64,000 bases of DNA, taken from an uncultured Spirochaetota bacterium. Its GTDB lineage: Bacteria > Spirochaetota > Brevinematia > Brevinematales > JAOACQ01. Both the position numbers and the translations under genes were made by a program. This document shows positions 37,076 to 47,212 of this stretch, piece by piece. Positions within the stretch are counted from its first letter, which is position 1; each line of letters starts with the position of its first letter. The stretch covers positions 1,184,001-1,248,000 of the forward strand of contig CAVYGN010000001.1 in NCBI GenBank assembly GCA_963768055.1. The letters run 5' to 3'. Below the pieces are notes generated by a model. It was not told the origin of the DNA. It saw only the letters and a program-made list of their open reading frames with translations, and made no database searches.

Positions 37076-38440
37076 TTACTCTCCATGTGGCATTCTCTTC
37101 CGCTTATATTCATCAATGCAAGTCAGAAATCTCCGGGACAACTCCGAGGTCAGAAGACTGACTGCCTTTTGGGAATTTTTTTTATTTATGTCCGAATAAT
37201 TCGTAACTTTAATCGTTTCGCCGGCGACAATATGGGCCGTTTGTCCCCGGATCATAATTCTATTTTTAATGTTTCCCCCGAGGCATCTTCCGGCAAAATC
37301 ATAATAGTTCTGCGCCGTTTCTATATAAAGTTCAAGGGGATCTTCCGGTTTTAGTTTTTCAAAATCCAGATAAAATCCTATATCCACAAATTCCATATAA
37401 CGGGAAGCAAGCCATGCTTCCTCCGACAATCTGTCAGCCAGTCTTTTTTCCAGGGGGGATAATTTATTAATATTTTTGATGTCGGAACGGAACATCCTGT
37501 CCCAGGCTGTCTGCCTTATCCGGTAAACACGGTTGATATTATCTCCCTCGGAATCGATATTCAGGATTTTTTCGGCATGGTTTAATGCGGCTTCCAGAAG
37601 GATTTTCAATCTTTCGTTCGGGGGCGGTTTTACAGGAATATTTCGAAAATTGGAAAAAATAGAATATGAATCCTCCAGTATAGATAAGCATTTTTCCGGA
37701 ATATTTTTCAGCCTTTGATAAAGCGATAGCGACGGATCGGCTTTTATCCCGCAAATTTTTTCCGTTCCGGCGATCAATTTTTCAAGGCTTTTCCCGGCTT
37801 TAGCCGGCCATGAAAAATGCACCGATAAAGGAAGTATCTCTACTTCTTCATTTCGCTTTTCTTTTGCAAGATCCCCGGAACACCATAATGCTATTCTCGC
37901 GGAACCCTGCTCAATACGGGGAAGCGTATCGCTTGAATAGGAAGTCTGCCCCTCAGGAGCCAGGGCAAGGGGGTAAGCCCCGTTTTTTACCAATTCACGG
38001 ATGCGGCGGATACTTTTCATATCCACTTTTACATGGTACACAGGTAAGGCCCCGACGCGGGGAAGGACCCAGCGTTCGAACGGGCCTCCCCAGAGCGGAA
38101 CTTCGTAACCATAAATAAAATGCGCATGAGGTTCAACAGGATATCTGCAACCAAGTTTTGCCGCTTCTTTCGATAAAATCTTTCCGATTACATATGACAT
38201 AAGCTGGGGTTCATTTCCAAAGGGATGGCGGAATGCTACAATCAAACGAGACTTATTATTGAAAAAACGCTGAAAAGCGCCTGTAAACCGTTCCGGATGT
38301 ATGAATTTCACTCCTTTAAAACCCATAGATGAGAAATATATTGAACCGAACAGCCTGAAAAATCCGATGACCCAGGGCTTTATTTCAGGTTCGGGCAATT
38401 GAAAAGCCGCTTTAACTTTGTTTATAGGTTTTACAAACAT
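37076..38440 (-). CDS. Glycerolipid acyltransferase (PlsC-like)
   Basis: IVAFRHPFGNEP (HxxxxD/E variant), LALAPEG, ILPLSVHF. Confidence 0.8.
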   Translation of the reverse strand: MFVKPINKVKAAFQLPEPEIKPWVIGFFRLFGSIYFSSMGFKGVKFIHPERFTGAFQRFFNNKSRLIVAFRHPFGNEPQLMSYVIGKILSKEAAKLGCRYPVEPHAHFIYGYEVPLWGGPFERWVLPRVGALPVYHVKVDMKSIRRIRELVKNGAYPLALAPEGQTSYSSDTLPRIEQGSARIALWCSGDLAKEKRNEEVEILPLSVHFSWPAKAGKSLEKLIAGTEKICGIKADPSLSLYQRLKNIPEKCLSILEDSYSIFSNFRNIPVKPPPNERLKILLEAALNHAEKILNIDSEGDNINRVYRIRQTAWDRMFRSDIKNINKLSPLEKRLADRLSEEAWLASRYMEFVDIGFYLDFEKLKPEDPLELYIETAQNYYDFAGRCLGGNIKNRIMIRGQTAHIVAGETIKVTNYSDINKKNSQKAVSLLTSELSRRFLTCIDEYKRKRMPHGE

Positions 38441-38535
38441 TACGATAGCTCCCGATCCATTATAATTTAATCCCCGGGAGCAGGCAAATTAAAATGCATT
38501 TATTGATCTGTAAGAGCCGGGCTTTTCCAGGAACT

Positions 38536-39270
38536 TTAGATATAATTGGGAAGGGTTATTTTAACCCAATCATCGGTGAAATATCCGTAGTGAGCTTCAA
38601 TAGTCATATTCTTCAGGTCGCACAGGGCCGTGCTCCCCTCGATCTTTCTATTGCCATGATCTTCCGGGCTGTTATCATAGTAATGGATGCAATCGTCGCC
38701 GAATATCCAGGAAACTCCCCTGTCAAGGCCGGCCATGATCTCTACAGCATTTTCAGCGCTTTCCGCAAACTGCGCGCTATGTTTGACAAGAAGAAGAGAG
38801 TTGACACCAATGCAGTCCGGTGTGCAGTTGCCCGCGGCAACGATCTGGACGCCGCAGCATATGCCCCTGATGTTCATAGATGTAGGGCTGCCTACATGGC
38901 CCGGAGCGGTTAAATTGACTGTGGGAAGGGCCTTTGAGCCGTTTTTCGCAACGACGTTTATGGGATTGTTGATAAGGCAGGCCGTATACTGGTATATCTC
39001 CCCTGTAGGGAACATGAAATCCCTTCCCATGTAGCGCCCCCCTCCGGCCGATTTTTCGAAAACGGAAAAGCCGTTGCACATCATAGGCAATTTAAAATCC
39101 CCGGACTTGAGATTTAAATGCATGAGTTTAACGAATAATTCCTCTTTTAAATCCCGGGGTGAATATTCGATTTCAGAAGGCGGGTTTTTAAATCGCTTAC
39201 CTGAATGCCCTGCTTGTTAAGGCTTAAAGATAAAAAATCCCCTGTATAGATCATGGAGCAGAGAATGTCA
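38536..39270 (-). pseudogene. Remnant of a C45-like Ntn-hydrolase gene (internally deleted or fragmented)
   Basis: MCNGF..GRDFMF..APGHVG...MN..G..NSLLLV..RGVSW then jumps directly to a C-terminal HYGYFTDDWV; an upstream out-of-frame piece reads GHDILCSMIYTG; no clear RBS. Confidence 0.5.
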
Positions 39271-39341
39271 TGACCGAGGTTTATCATCAGAAGATCTTTT
39301 TTTGTTACTTTGGTAGCCTAAACCTTGCAGCCCGCTTAAAA

Positions 39342-39370
39342 TTGACACAAATTTGCACAGGAAATAGAAT
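39342..39370 (+). promoter_or_regulatory. Sigma70 promoter
   Basis: TTGACA-17 nt-TAGAAT, about 35 nt before ATG 39404. Confidence 0.75.
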
Positions 39371-39403
39371 AATCCTGGTACAGCTCAATTTAAGGAGGGC
39401 TTT

Positions 39404-41287
39404 ATGGGGCAAAAAATTCTTTTTCGTATTAAATATTTATCCCGCTTTTTTCTTCTGTCATCCGTTTTTATACCTGCTTTAATTTGGGGGCAGGTTTCCG
39501 GCGGCGTCCGGTTTAAGCCTGCTGTAGTTTTGATGCCGCTGGGAAGTACGAACAGTCCCGATATTTATGCAAAGGGATATTCGCTGTTATTGGGAAGGAT
39601 CAAGTCTTTCGACGGGATAAACCTGATCACGAACGGGCCCGTCCTGGAAGGACTTCTTCAAAAGATGCCTGAAATGGCTGAAACAAACAGCTTTATAACT
39701 ATCCATAGCAAAATAATACCATTCGCTTACGAACATTTCATAGACGAGATTCTCTTAATACATAACGGGAATACTTCGAACGATTTTATCGATATTATCG
39801 GCAGGCATGTCGATGACAAAAACTGGTCATGGAATAAAAACGAATTTACATTCACGGAAGATAACCTCGACTTGCAGATAGATTGCGAGATAACAAATTT
39901 ACTAACCGGTGTGGATTCCATTCAGGGCTGGCGCGACCCGAAATTCTGGAATTTCAGCGGGAAATTCCATCTCAAGGATTTAAAAACCGGAAAAATTATG
40001 GATCTTGAAAAGTACCGGGGGAAACTGGTCGTATTAACCGAATATCCGGCCGGGGGTTTCGACGCCGACTTATATTACTTAATGAAGGTCATTTTCGATA
40101 AACTGAATTATAAATTTCCGGATATCATCACCCTGTTCGGTGTTTACGATTCCTCAGCAAACGGTAAAAATTTAAAATGCGCAGATGTTATGAGAGAAAA
40201 GGGAGTACTTGCTGATCCGGAATTCAAGTATCCTGTCGTTGACGTGACTCCCCTTCCAAGGGACAGGAACTATAGTTTCATGGCTTTTTATTACGGTTAT
40301 CTGACCGCTGACGGGATGACCAATAAGCAATTCGATATTAATACCCATGACAGGATCATTTTTGGGAATCTTGAAGACATTTTGCCACCGGAGAAACGTG
40401 GCGGGATCCGGACGACCCTGGTCGAAGCGGCCAGGGACAACGACCTTCCCCTTGTAAGCCGGCTCATTAAGGAAGGCGCCGACCCTCTCGTCGCCGAAGA
40501 CTCCCGGTTTGCTCTCGATTGGGCGGTTTTCCATGAAAACGGCGCCATGATCGATGAAATAACAGGTCATAGAACAAGCGCAGCCGATATCTACCACGCA
40601 GCTTATATGGCGCTTGTCAACGGAAAGAAGGGGATTTTCACCGGCCTTATCGGGAAAATCGTACGGTCCGAGAATCCGGACTATATAAAACTTAGATATA
40701 TATTCACCCTGGCTGGACAATCGGGAGACAAAGACTGGCTGGCCTTACTGGATAAGACCTTTCCCGCGGTTTCGTTTTTTTTCAGTCCTTCTTTCAGCTT
40801 CGAAAGTCTTATAGCGTCGGGAATAAAACCGGGTATCGACCCCGCTTATCCCTTCCCCGTCTCGCCCCAGCCCTTCAAATCCCATGAATGCGAACTCTAC
40901 GCCATGAAGCATTTATTGAAATACAAGTACGATTTTAACCTGGACATACCCAAGTGGGAAAAAAAGATGAAAAAAGGTCCTCTCGACCTCTGGTTTTTCA
41001 CGGAATGCGCCGAGGTCGCCTACGGCGAAGGATTTGATTTTGAATATTACACGGAATATAATGCAGACCCCGGGCTGTTCTTCTACTATCTCTCGAAGGG
41101 CGAACCCGTGATCACGGAAAGAATGTTTGGAAAAGACCGGCATTCGGTCGTAGCCTATTCCTACGATACGAACGGGGTCTGGCTCTCGGATTCGGGCAAT
41201 GGCAGGAGGTGGGTCATACCTGTTGAAAAGCTCATTACAAATGAAATATTTTCAATGCGGGTGTTAAAAAAGGCGGATGCTAAATAA
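39404..41287 (+). CDS. Secreted multidomain protein: Cys-less thioredoxin-like domain, ankyrin repeats, C39-like cysteine peptidase domain
   Basis: Signal peptide; FHLKDLKTGKIMDLEKYRGKLVVL; LVEAARDNDLPLVSRLIKEGAD / ALDWAV; Q-PFKSHE-C...LSKGEPVI...H-SVVAYSYDTNGVWLS-D. Confidence 0.65.
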   Translation: MGQKILFRIKYLSRFFLLSSVFIPALIWGQVSGGVRFKPAVVLMPLGSTNSPDIYAKGYSLLLGRIKSFDGINLITNGPVLEGLLQKMPEMAETNSFITIHSKIIPFAYEHFIDEILLIHNGNTSNDFIDIIGRHVDDKNWSWNKNEFTFTEDNLDLQIDCEITNLLTGVDSIQGWRDPKFWNFSGKFHLKDLKTGKIMDLEKYRGKLVVLTEYPAGGFDADLYYLMKVIFDKLNYKFPDIITLFGVYDSSANGKNLKCADVMREKGVLADPEFKYPVVDVTPLPRDRNYSFMAFYYGYLTADGMTNKQFDINTHDRIIFGNLEDILPPEKRGGIRTTLVEAARDNDLPLVSRLIKEGADPLVAEDSRFALDWAVFHENGAMIDEITGHRTSAADIYHAAYMALVNGKKGIFTGLIGKIVRSENPDYIKLRYIFTLAGQSGDKDWLALLDKTFPAVSFFFSPSFSFESLIASGIKPGIDPAYPFPVSPQPFKSHECELYAMKHLLKYKYDFNLDIPKWEKKMKKGPLDLWFFTECAEVAYGEGFDFEYYTEYNADPGLFFYYLSKGEPVITERMFGKDRHSVVAYSYDTNGVWLSDSGNGRRWVIPVEKLITNEIFSMRVLKKADAK

Positions 41288-41360
41288 AGCTGTTCAGCCG
41301 ATTCCGAGGGGACAAGCCCTCAGTTTGCATCCTCTCCCTGCGGCGATCATGTCGGTTATC

Positions 41361-43316
41361 CTAGGGTTTGTAAATGCCAATCCCCTCGAAAGCCTTGCCG
41401 TTGGCCCTGAAAAACCTGGTAAAGAATTCGTAATATTCGAGTCTCAAGACCTGTATAGCCACTATGAAGCCCTCGAAGCCGATAACGAATATATTTCCGA
41501 TAAGAATGGTGATCCACTGGCCGACCGGGCCTGCAGACATGTGAGAAATGGTAAAAACGACGCTCATAAGTGCGACATGGTTCAAAGCGAAGGCGCCTAC
41601 CCTTATGAAAGATATGGTGTTGCTCAAGAAGCCCATCGCGGATTCGTATATGTCAACCAGGCCCAGTGCAATGCTTGGCTTTTCCTCGCCTGCTTCCTCT
41701 TTTTTATGCTTGAATAAAAGCCTTTCAAGGAATTTCTCAAGTGCGATGCATAGAGCGCAGACGGCTGTCACAGCAAAAATATAAGAAGGATAATGCTGGC
41801 CCCGCATGACGCAGAAGACTACATACAATAAAGAACCGTAAAAACCCAGGCCGGCCAGGCCGTTGGTCGTAAAAAGTAGTTTCGGGTAATTCTTTTCCAT
41901 TAAACTGTTTATAATATTAAGCAGGATTGCGAACATGATAACAACAGCACCGAAAACTACCGCCAGTGTAAGAATATCCATGATATGGTCCATGGGCTGT
42001 ATCCATACCGGCTTTATGATGCCTTCGTTTCCGAATAAGGCACCGTATAAAAAACCGAAAATGACGGACGACAGGCCTACCCCGATTAATATGAATCCGA
42101 AGTTCCTGAACGATTTGAATTTTTTTATTAAAAAAATAATGGCGCCGAGCAGGGCTATAGTAAAGCCATGACCAACGTCCCCGAACATCGCGCCGTACAT
42201 CAGCATATATGAAATCGCAAAAATGGGGGTCGGGTCGATTTCCGTGTAATTAGGGGTTCCGAATGTCGATACAAGCATTTCGAAGGGTTTGATGAAGAAC
42301 GGGTTTGAAAATTTTGTAGGTACGGTAAGCCCTTCCTGTTCCATCGCATCCGACGCTTTCTGCTCGAGAAACGCGCACCTGTTTTGAGTAACCTGCTCCA
42401 TTTTCTTTTCCAGTTTATTGGCCGAGTCCGCGGGGACCCATCCTGAAAACAGGCATACTTTTGTTGAAGACACCATTTCCCCTTTGAGGCGTTCCATGGC
42501 TATATAATACCTTGCGCTGTTTTTGAGGCTTCTCAGAAGGGCAATGTAACCGAGAAGCTTTTTTTTAAATTGCTTTTCATGCCACAATTCCTCGTCATAG
42601 ACCGAAGAGAGCTCGAAAGCGTAATGAACAATAGAGGATTTATCGACTTCTCCAGGGGTTTTCGGGATCCCGTAATCCTTGAAGTACACGCTTTTTAAAA
42701 TCTGCTGGACTTTGTCTTTAACGGACGACGGGGCTATATAGAAGACTATAACCGATTCATCTACCATGTCTATCTCTTCTATGATGGTCGGCAATGTTTC
42801 CATTGCGCTTTCAAAACCTTCATAGCTTGTCTGGGGAATGCTGCCATAGCCTAAAGTGAAATACTGAATATCGGCCGCTTTGTTCCAGTCAATATCCCGT
42901 GCTGAAAAATAATTTATCTTTTTAATTTTTATTTTAGTCTCTTTCTGGGCATCCTTTAATTTTTCAAGTACGCTATAGTGATTGTTAAGTTCAGCCTCTA
43001 TGGTTTTAACATTATTTTCAAGAGTTTCTGCATCGATTATTCCGGTTTCAGTTATTTCCACTTCTTCTCTTGTTTCAAGCCTTTCCATAAAACTCTCGAA
43101 AGTGGCGAGAAGGTAATTGACCCTTTTGTCAAGATCCAGAAATCTGGCTGTACCTGTTTCCGCATCGCTTTTAGCGAGCATGTAACTTTTTGCTTTTTCC
43201 AGGGATATTTCAATCGATTGAAAATCCCCGAATTTTACTACTTCCCTCGATACCTCGTCAGCAAGTTTTTTCATTATCAGGAAGTCGATTTTCTTCATTC
43301 TCTGCGCGATGAACAT
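41361..43316 (-). CDS. ntpI: V/A-type ATPase subunit I (a)
   Basis: PTKFSN, EIDPT, GAMFGDVGHG, SNTISFIR (essential Arg), LRLEYYEFF. Confidence 0.95.
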   Translation of the reverse strand: MFIAQRMKKIDFLIMKKLADEVSREVVKFGDFQSIEISLEKAKSYMLAKSDAETGTARFLDLDKRVNYLLATFESFMERLETREEVEITETGIIDAETLENNVKTIEAELNNHYSVLEKLKDAQKETKIKIKKINYFSARDIDWNKAADIQYFTLGYGSIPQTSYEGFESAMETLPTIIEEIDMVDESVIVFYIAPSSVKDKVQQILKSVYFKDYGIPKTPGEVDKSSIVHYAFELSSVYDEELWHEKQFKKKLLGYIALLRSLKNSARYYIAMERLKGEMVSSTKVCLFSGWVPADSANKLEKKMEQVTQNRCAFLEQKASDAMEQEGLTVPTKFSNPFFIKPFEMLVSTFGTPNYTEIDPTPIFAISYMLMYGAMFGDVGHGFTIALLGAIIFLIKKFKSFRNFGFILIGVGLSSVIFGFLYGALFGNEGIIKPVWIQPMDHIMDILTLAVVFGAVVIMFAILLNIINSLMEKNYPKLLFTTNGLAGLGFYGSLLYVVFCVMRGQHYPSYIFAVTAVCALCIALEKFLERLLFKHKKEEAGEEKPSIALGLVDIYESAMGFLSNTISFIRVGAFALNHVALMSVVFTISHMSAGPVGQWITILIGNIFVIGFEGFIVAIQVLRLEYYEFFTRFFRANGKAFEGIGIYKP

Positions 43317-43335
43317 TCAGCGAACCCCGTCTTTA

Positions 43336-44340
43336 TTAGTCATAAATCAGCATATCCATTATTTTTGCCGTATCTATATTAAGTTTTTTCCCTTCAAGGG
43401 CTGTAATAAGATTCTTTACATGAATAATGTTAAGGATAAAAAAACCCAGAAAGACTCCGAGGCTGAATGGATATCCGATAAGATAGGACTTTGCCTTTTT
43501 AAAAAGCTTGATAAACATTTCCTTTTCAAGATTCAAATGATCCGGACCGCCTTCTTCCAGAAACCTGAAATCATTCAGATACCCTATGTATATTTCCTTT
43601 GTCTCCGCATCGAGAAGTTTCTGATATTTATTTTTCGAAAAAAGGATAGGGATATTAGGCACAATAGCGATTATCTCTTCATTCGACATTGAATAATTGA
43701 ATTTGGCCCTGTATATCCATAACAGCCTGTTGATATTCAAATAATGAAAAAACACATCCCCGATAAGTTTTTTCTCATTTGGTCCAAGCCTCGAAATTTT
43801 CTTTTTTATGTTGACTGCGAAATAGTTATCAAGGTTCATTTCATAATAAAACGTGGTATTTTCGTTCTCGATCCTGGGAATGGCATCCGAGGCAAGCCTG
43901 TAATATTCCGATCCGCTTAACAGTTCCTGGAATTCCTCAAGGGTCTTTACATCTTTTATAAACTCCATCTGAATGCGGCTGGTTTTATTGATCCTGTACA
44001 GGAATTTCACAGGCCTTTTATTTATTATAGCCCTTGTTATTATTTTTAAATTCTCGATTTCGAAAATTTTCCCTAAATAGAGCACAAAATCTTTAGTGTA
44101 GCCCATCAAAAATCTGCTGATGCTCTCAAGAAAATAGAAGCCCTCCTGTTTAAGCTGTCCTTCAAGCCTGACATTGTCTTCAGTGTCCAATTCCACTTTT
44201 TTCGACAGGGTTTTTAAAAATTGCTTGTATTCGGCAATATTCATCGAAAGCATTTCAGAGCATTTCTCCCTGGTAAGCATCAGCGAAGCTGACCAGCTTT
44301 TAATTTTGGGATAAACCGAAGTATATTCTTCTCCGAACAT
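43336..44340 (-). CDS. ntpC: V/A-type ATPase subunit C (d)
   Basis: FEIENLKII.R, EMNLDNYF, N..WIYRAK..Y, NLITALEG; operon position. Confidence 0.85.
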   Translation of the reverse strand: MFGEEYTSVYPKIKSWSASLMLTREKCSEMLSMNIAEYKQFLKTLSKKVELDTEDNVRLEGQLKQEGFYFLESISRFLMGYTKDFVLYLGKIFEIENLKIITRAIINKRPVKFLYRINKTSRIQMEFIKDVKTLEEFQELLSGSEYYRLASDAIPRIENENTTFYYEMNLDNYFAVNIKKKISRLGPNEKKLIGDVFFHYLNINRLLWIYRAKFNYSMSNEEIIAIVPNIPILFSKNKYQKLLDAETKEIYIGYLNDFRFLEEGGPDHLNLEKEMFIKLFKKAKSYLIGYPFSLGVFLGFFILNIIHVKNLITALEGKKLNIDTAKIMDMLIYD

Positions 44341-44350
44341 AATTATCCCC

Positions 44351-44668
44351 TTATAAGTCCTGGCCGATAATTGAATTTATAATCTTTGAAAAAATTGCTG
44401 ATTTTTTTGAATTCAGCTTTTCTTCCTTTGCTTTCATTTCCAGCACAAGGTCGTTATGGATCTTTTCGTTGTATTCTCTGATCTCTCTTTCAAGGATATC
44501 CGATTTTTCATTTTTTTCCTTGAGGATCTCTTCTTCAAGTTTTTCGGTCATTTGTTCGATTCTATGGTCGGCCTGTTCGTTTATTTCCTGTATTTTTTCA
44601 GCCGCGGCTTTTGCAGTATTTTGAAGGGTTTCCTCGGCGTTTAAAACCTCGGCTATCAAATCTTTCAT
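44351..44668 (-). CDS. V/A-type ATPase subunit G/H (peripheral stalk)
   Basis: 105-aa charged coiled coil, I..V..AE..; sits directly upstream of subunit C. Confidence 0.7.
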   Translation of the reverse strand: MKDLIAEVLNAEETLQNTAKAAAEKIQEINEQADHRIEQMTEKLEEEILKEKNEKSDILEREIREYNEKIHNDLVLEMKAKEEKLNSKKSAIFSKIINSIIGQDL

Positions 44669-45117
44669 ATATTCTCTCCGATGACAAAAGTGTCGCAGGT
44701 ACAGTTCAGAAGAATCTTTCTTTCAACAGCCGAAAAGATGTCTTTTAAAAATTCTCCCCCGCATTTTTTTACAACGCAGACGATTTTATATTCTTCGTCG
44801 TCATGTTTTATGAATTCCATAATCTTCGAATAAGGGTCGCCTTCAAGAAGGACGGGAATAATATCTACCCCGCTGTCCATACCGAGTTTTTTTACATGGT
44901 TCAAGTATCTTTCAGCGTCCCTTGTCATACCCTCCTTTATAATCGAGGTTTCTTCCCTGATGAAAATCTTGTATCTTTCCATTTTTAATAATAATTCGTT
45001 GTTGATTACCGAAATAGCGCTTAATTTCATGTTAAAGGATCTGGCAAGCGAAATAACCCTGGGAATAGCCTTCCTGTTCTCAGCAGAGCCAGTCAAAGGA
45101 AAATACATTTTGCCCAT
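44665..45117 (-). CDS. Universal stress protein (USP) family protein
   Basis: USP topology: F.LTGS....A.....LA....L.AISV, YL..V...G...GV.....L.EGDP...I, V.RKILL..TCDTFVI. Confidence 0.75.
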   Translation of the reverse strand: MGKMYFPLTGSAENRKAIPRVISLARSFNMKLSAISVINNELLLKMERYKIFIREETSIIKEGMTRDAERYLNHVKKLGMDSGVDIIPVLLEGDPYSKIMEFIKHDDEEYKIVCVVKKCGGEFLKDIFSAVERKILLNCTCDTFVIGENI

Positions 45118-45135
45118 CGTGAACCTCCCCGCCCG

Positions 45136-45771
45136 CTAAACGGAAGCGTTTTGACTGTTTTTAATTCTTTTCAGCTGGAAAAAAGTTTCTCTTTCCCTTT
45201 CCTCAAGCGTGTCCTGGATAAATTTTATTATTTCTTTAAATTCCGGAATAAAAATATTTTCAAGCGCGTTTACCCGTCTCTGCGTCTTTTTTATTTCATA
45301 AGCGAGTCTCCAGGCCGAATCTTCAACCTGCGCAACTACAACTATCAGGTTGACTATTTCTTTAATATGCCTGGACAGGATATCATAATTAGCCGTGGAT
45401 GACGCAAAGGAAATATCGGGCTTGCCGTTATCCCTGATCTCCTCTTTATACCTGATGGCGGGAATACTTACTCCCATAACCCTTTTTTCATGGATCTCCA
45501 GCTCTGGCAATTCCTTATGAGTGTCGGCAATGTTTTTAAGTTCAAGTTCGCCGATTTCAAGTACTACGGTTTGCAGTAAATCATAGCTCTTCTCAAGAAG
45601 GGAATCGAGATTTTCCCTCACATCTTTTATTTTCGAAATTATTTCCACAAGATGCAATACAAGAATTTCCCGTTTTTCTTCCAGCAGCGTATGTCCTTCG
45701 ATGGAAAACTCGAGCTGTGATTTGTAATCAAGAAGGTTTGTCTTAGTCGGCGCTATTTCCGCTAAATTCAT
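45136..45771 (-). CDS. ntpD: V/A-type ATPase subunit D
   Basis: APTKTNL, GHTLLEEKR, VMGV.IP, EIKKTQRRVNALE, LEERERE. Confidence 0.95.
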   Translation of the reverse strand: MNLAEIAPTKTNLLDYKSQLEFSIEGHTLLEEKREILVLHLVEIISKIKDVRENLDSLLEKSYDLLQTVVLEIGELELKNIADTHKELPELEIHEKRVMGVSIPAIRYKEEIRDNGKPDISFASSTANYDILSRHIKEIVNLIVVVAQVEDSAWRLAYEIKKTQRRVNALENIFIPEFKEIIKFIQDTLEERERETFFQLKRIKNSQNASV

Positions 45772-45786
45772 AAATTATTCCTGTTA

Positions 45787-47178
45787 TTATTCCGTTTCAA
45801 TGTAATATTTTTTTATTTCTTCCTCGCGAAGTCCGGTCAGTTCTGTTGTCGGAAGCAAAGACACCATTTTCCAGCCTAAGGCGAGACTGTCCTCCATCGA
45901 ACGGTCTTCATTGAAGCCCTGGCCGATAAATTCATGCTCGAATTTATCGCCGAATTTAAGATAGCATTTATCGACGGCCCCAAGTTCCTCTTCGCCGACT
46001 ATAGATGATATAGCCCTGACCTCTTTTACCCTGGCGTAGCTGGCATACAGCTGCATGAAAAGATGGGGATGATCGTCCCTTGTATAGCCCTTGCCGATGC
46101 TGTCCTTCATAAGCCTTGAAAGGGAGGGCAGGATATCGACGGGCGGGTATATGCCTTTTCCGTTCAGTTCCCTTCCCAAAACGATCTGGCCCTCGGTTAT
46201 ATAGCCTGTCAGGTCGGGGACCGGATGTGTTATATCGTCATTTGGCATTGTCAGGATGGGTATCTGGGTTATGCTCCCCTTTTTATTCTGGACACGTCCG
46301 GCCCTTTCATAGATCGTGGAAAGGTCGCTGTACATATAGCCGGGAAAACCCTTTCTGGCGGGTACTTCGCCTCTCGCGTTAGCGATTTCCCGCAGCGCTT
46401 CGCAATAACTCGTCATATCTGTAAGGATCACAAGCACATGCTTGTCCTTTTCATACGCTAAATACTCGGCGGCGGTAAGCGCGACGCGGGGAGTTATGAT
46501 CCTTTCGATGGGAGGGTCGTCGGCCCGGTTTAAAAACATCGCTACGTTTTTAAGAGCTCCTGTTTCTTCGAAATTTTTGATAAAAAAGAAGGCGTCATCA
46601 TGTTTTATACCCATGGCTGCAAAAATAACGGCGAAATTACCGGATTCCTCGCCCGGAAGCTTTGCCTGGGCGGCGATCTGAGCCGCTAATTCGTTATGCG
46701 GCAGGCCGGCTGCGGAAAAAATGGGAAGTTTCTGGCCCCGTACAAGCGTATTCATGAGATCGATTGTCGAAACGCCGGTTTCAATGTATTCGCGCGGATA
46801 CGCCCTGACCACCGGGTTCAACGGCTCGCCGTTGGCATTTTTTACCGTTTCCGGAATAATATCGGATAATCCGTCGATCTGTTTTCCCATTCCGTTAAAA
46901 ACCCTGCCGAGTATCTTTTCCGAAAGCCCTATTTCGAAAGGTTTGCCTTTGAAAATAACCCTGATCTTTTGAGGATTTATGCCGCTGGAACCCTCGAATA
47001 ATTGTATTAAAAGGGCTTCGTCTGAAGACTCGAGAACTTTGCCATGCCTTACGGAACCGTCCGATAATTTCATTTCGACCATTTCGTCATAGCCTATGCC
47101 TTTTATGCCTTCCACGATAGCGAGAGGCCCTTTTAAGCCTGCGATTCCGACATATTCTTTACTCATTTCTATGGCCAT
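45787..47178 (-). CDS. ntpB: V/A-type ATPase subunit B
   Basis: [44 protein letters not shown]; start at ATG 47178. Confidence 0.97.
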   Translation of the reverse strand: MAIEMSKEYVGIAGLKGPLAIVEGIKGIGYDEMVEMKLSDGSVRHGKVLESSDEALLIQLFEGSSGINPQKIRVIFKGKPFEIGLSEKILGRVFNGMGKQIDGLSDIIPETVKNANGEPLNPVVRAYPREYIETGVSTIDLMNTLVRGQKLPIFSAAGLPHNELAAQIAAQAKLPGEESGNFAVIFAAMGIKHDDAFFFIKNFEETGALKNVAMFLNRADDPPIERIITPRVALTAAEYLAYEKDKHVLVILTDMTSYCEALREIANARGEVPARKGFPGYMYSDLSTIYERAGRVQNKKGSITQIPILTMPNDDITHPVPDLTGYITEGQIVLGRELNGKGIYPPVDILPSLSRLMKDSIGKGYTRDDHPHLFMQLYASYARVKEVRAISSIVGEEELGAVDKCYLKFGDKFEHEFIGQGFNEDRSMEDSLALGWKMVSLLPTTELTGLREEEIKKYYIETE

Positions 47179-47212
47179 TTTAAACTCCACCGATCTTTAT
47201 TAAGGACGGTCA

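Noticed and set aside
39342..39357. TGACAC...TTGC resembling a sigma54 promoter
   Set aside because: GA instead of GG and wrong spacing; better explained as sigma70 TTGACA-17-TAGAAT
40172..40720. 182-aa minus-strand ORF
   Set aside because: Antisense to the 627-aa gene, which has a promoter, RBS and domain motifs
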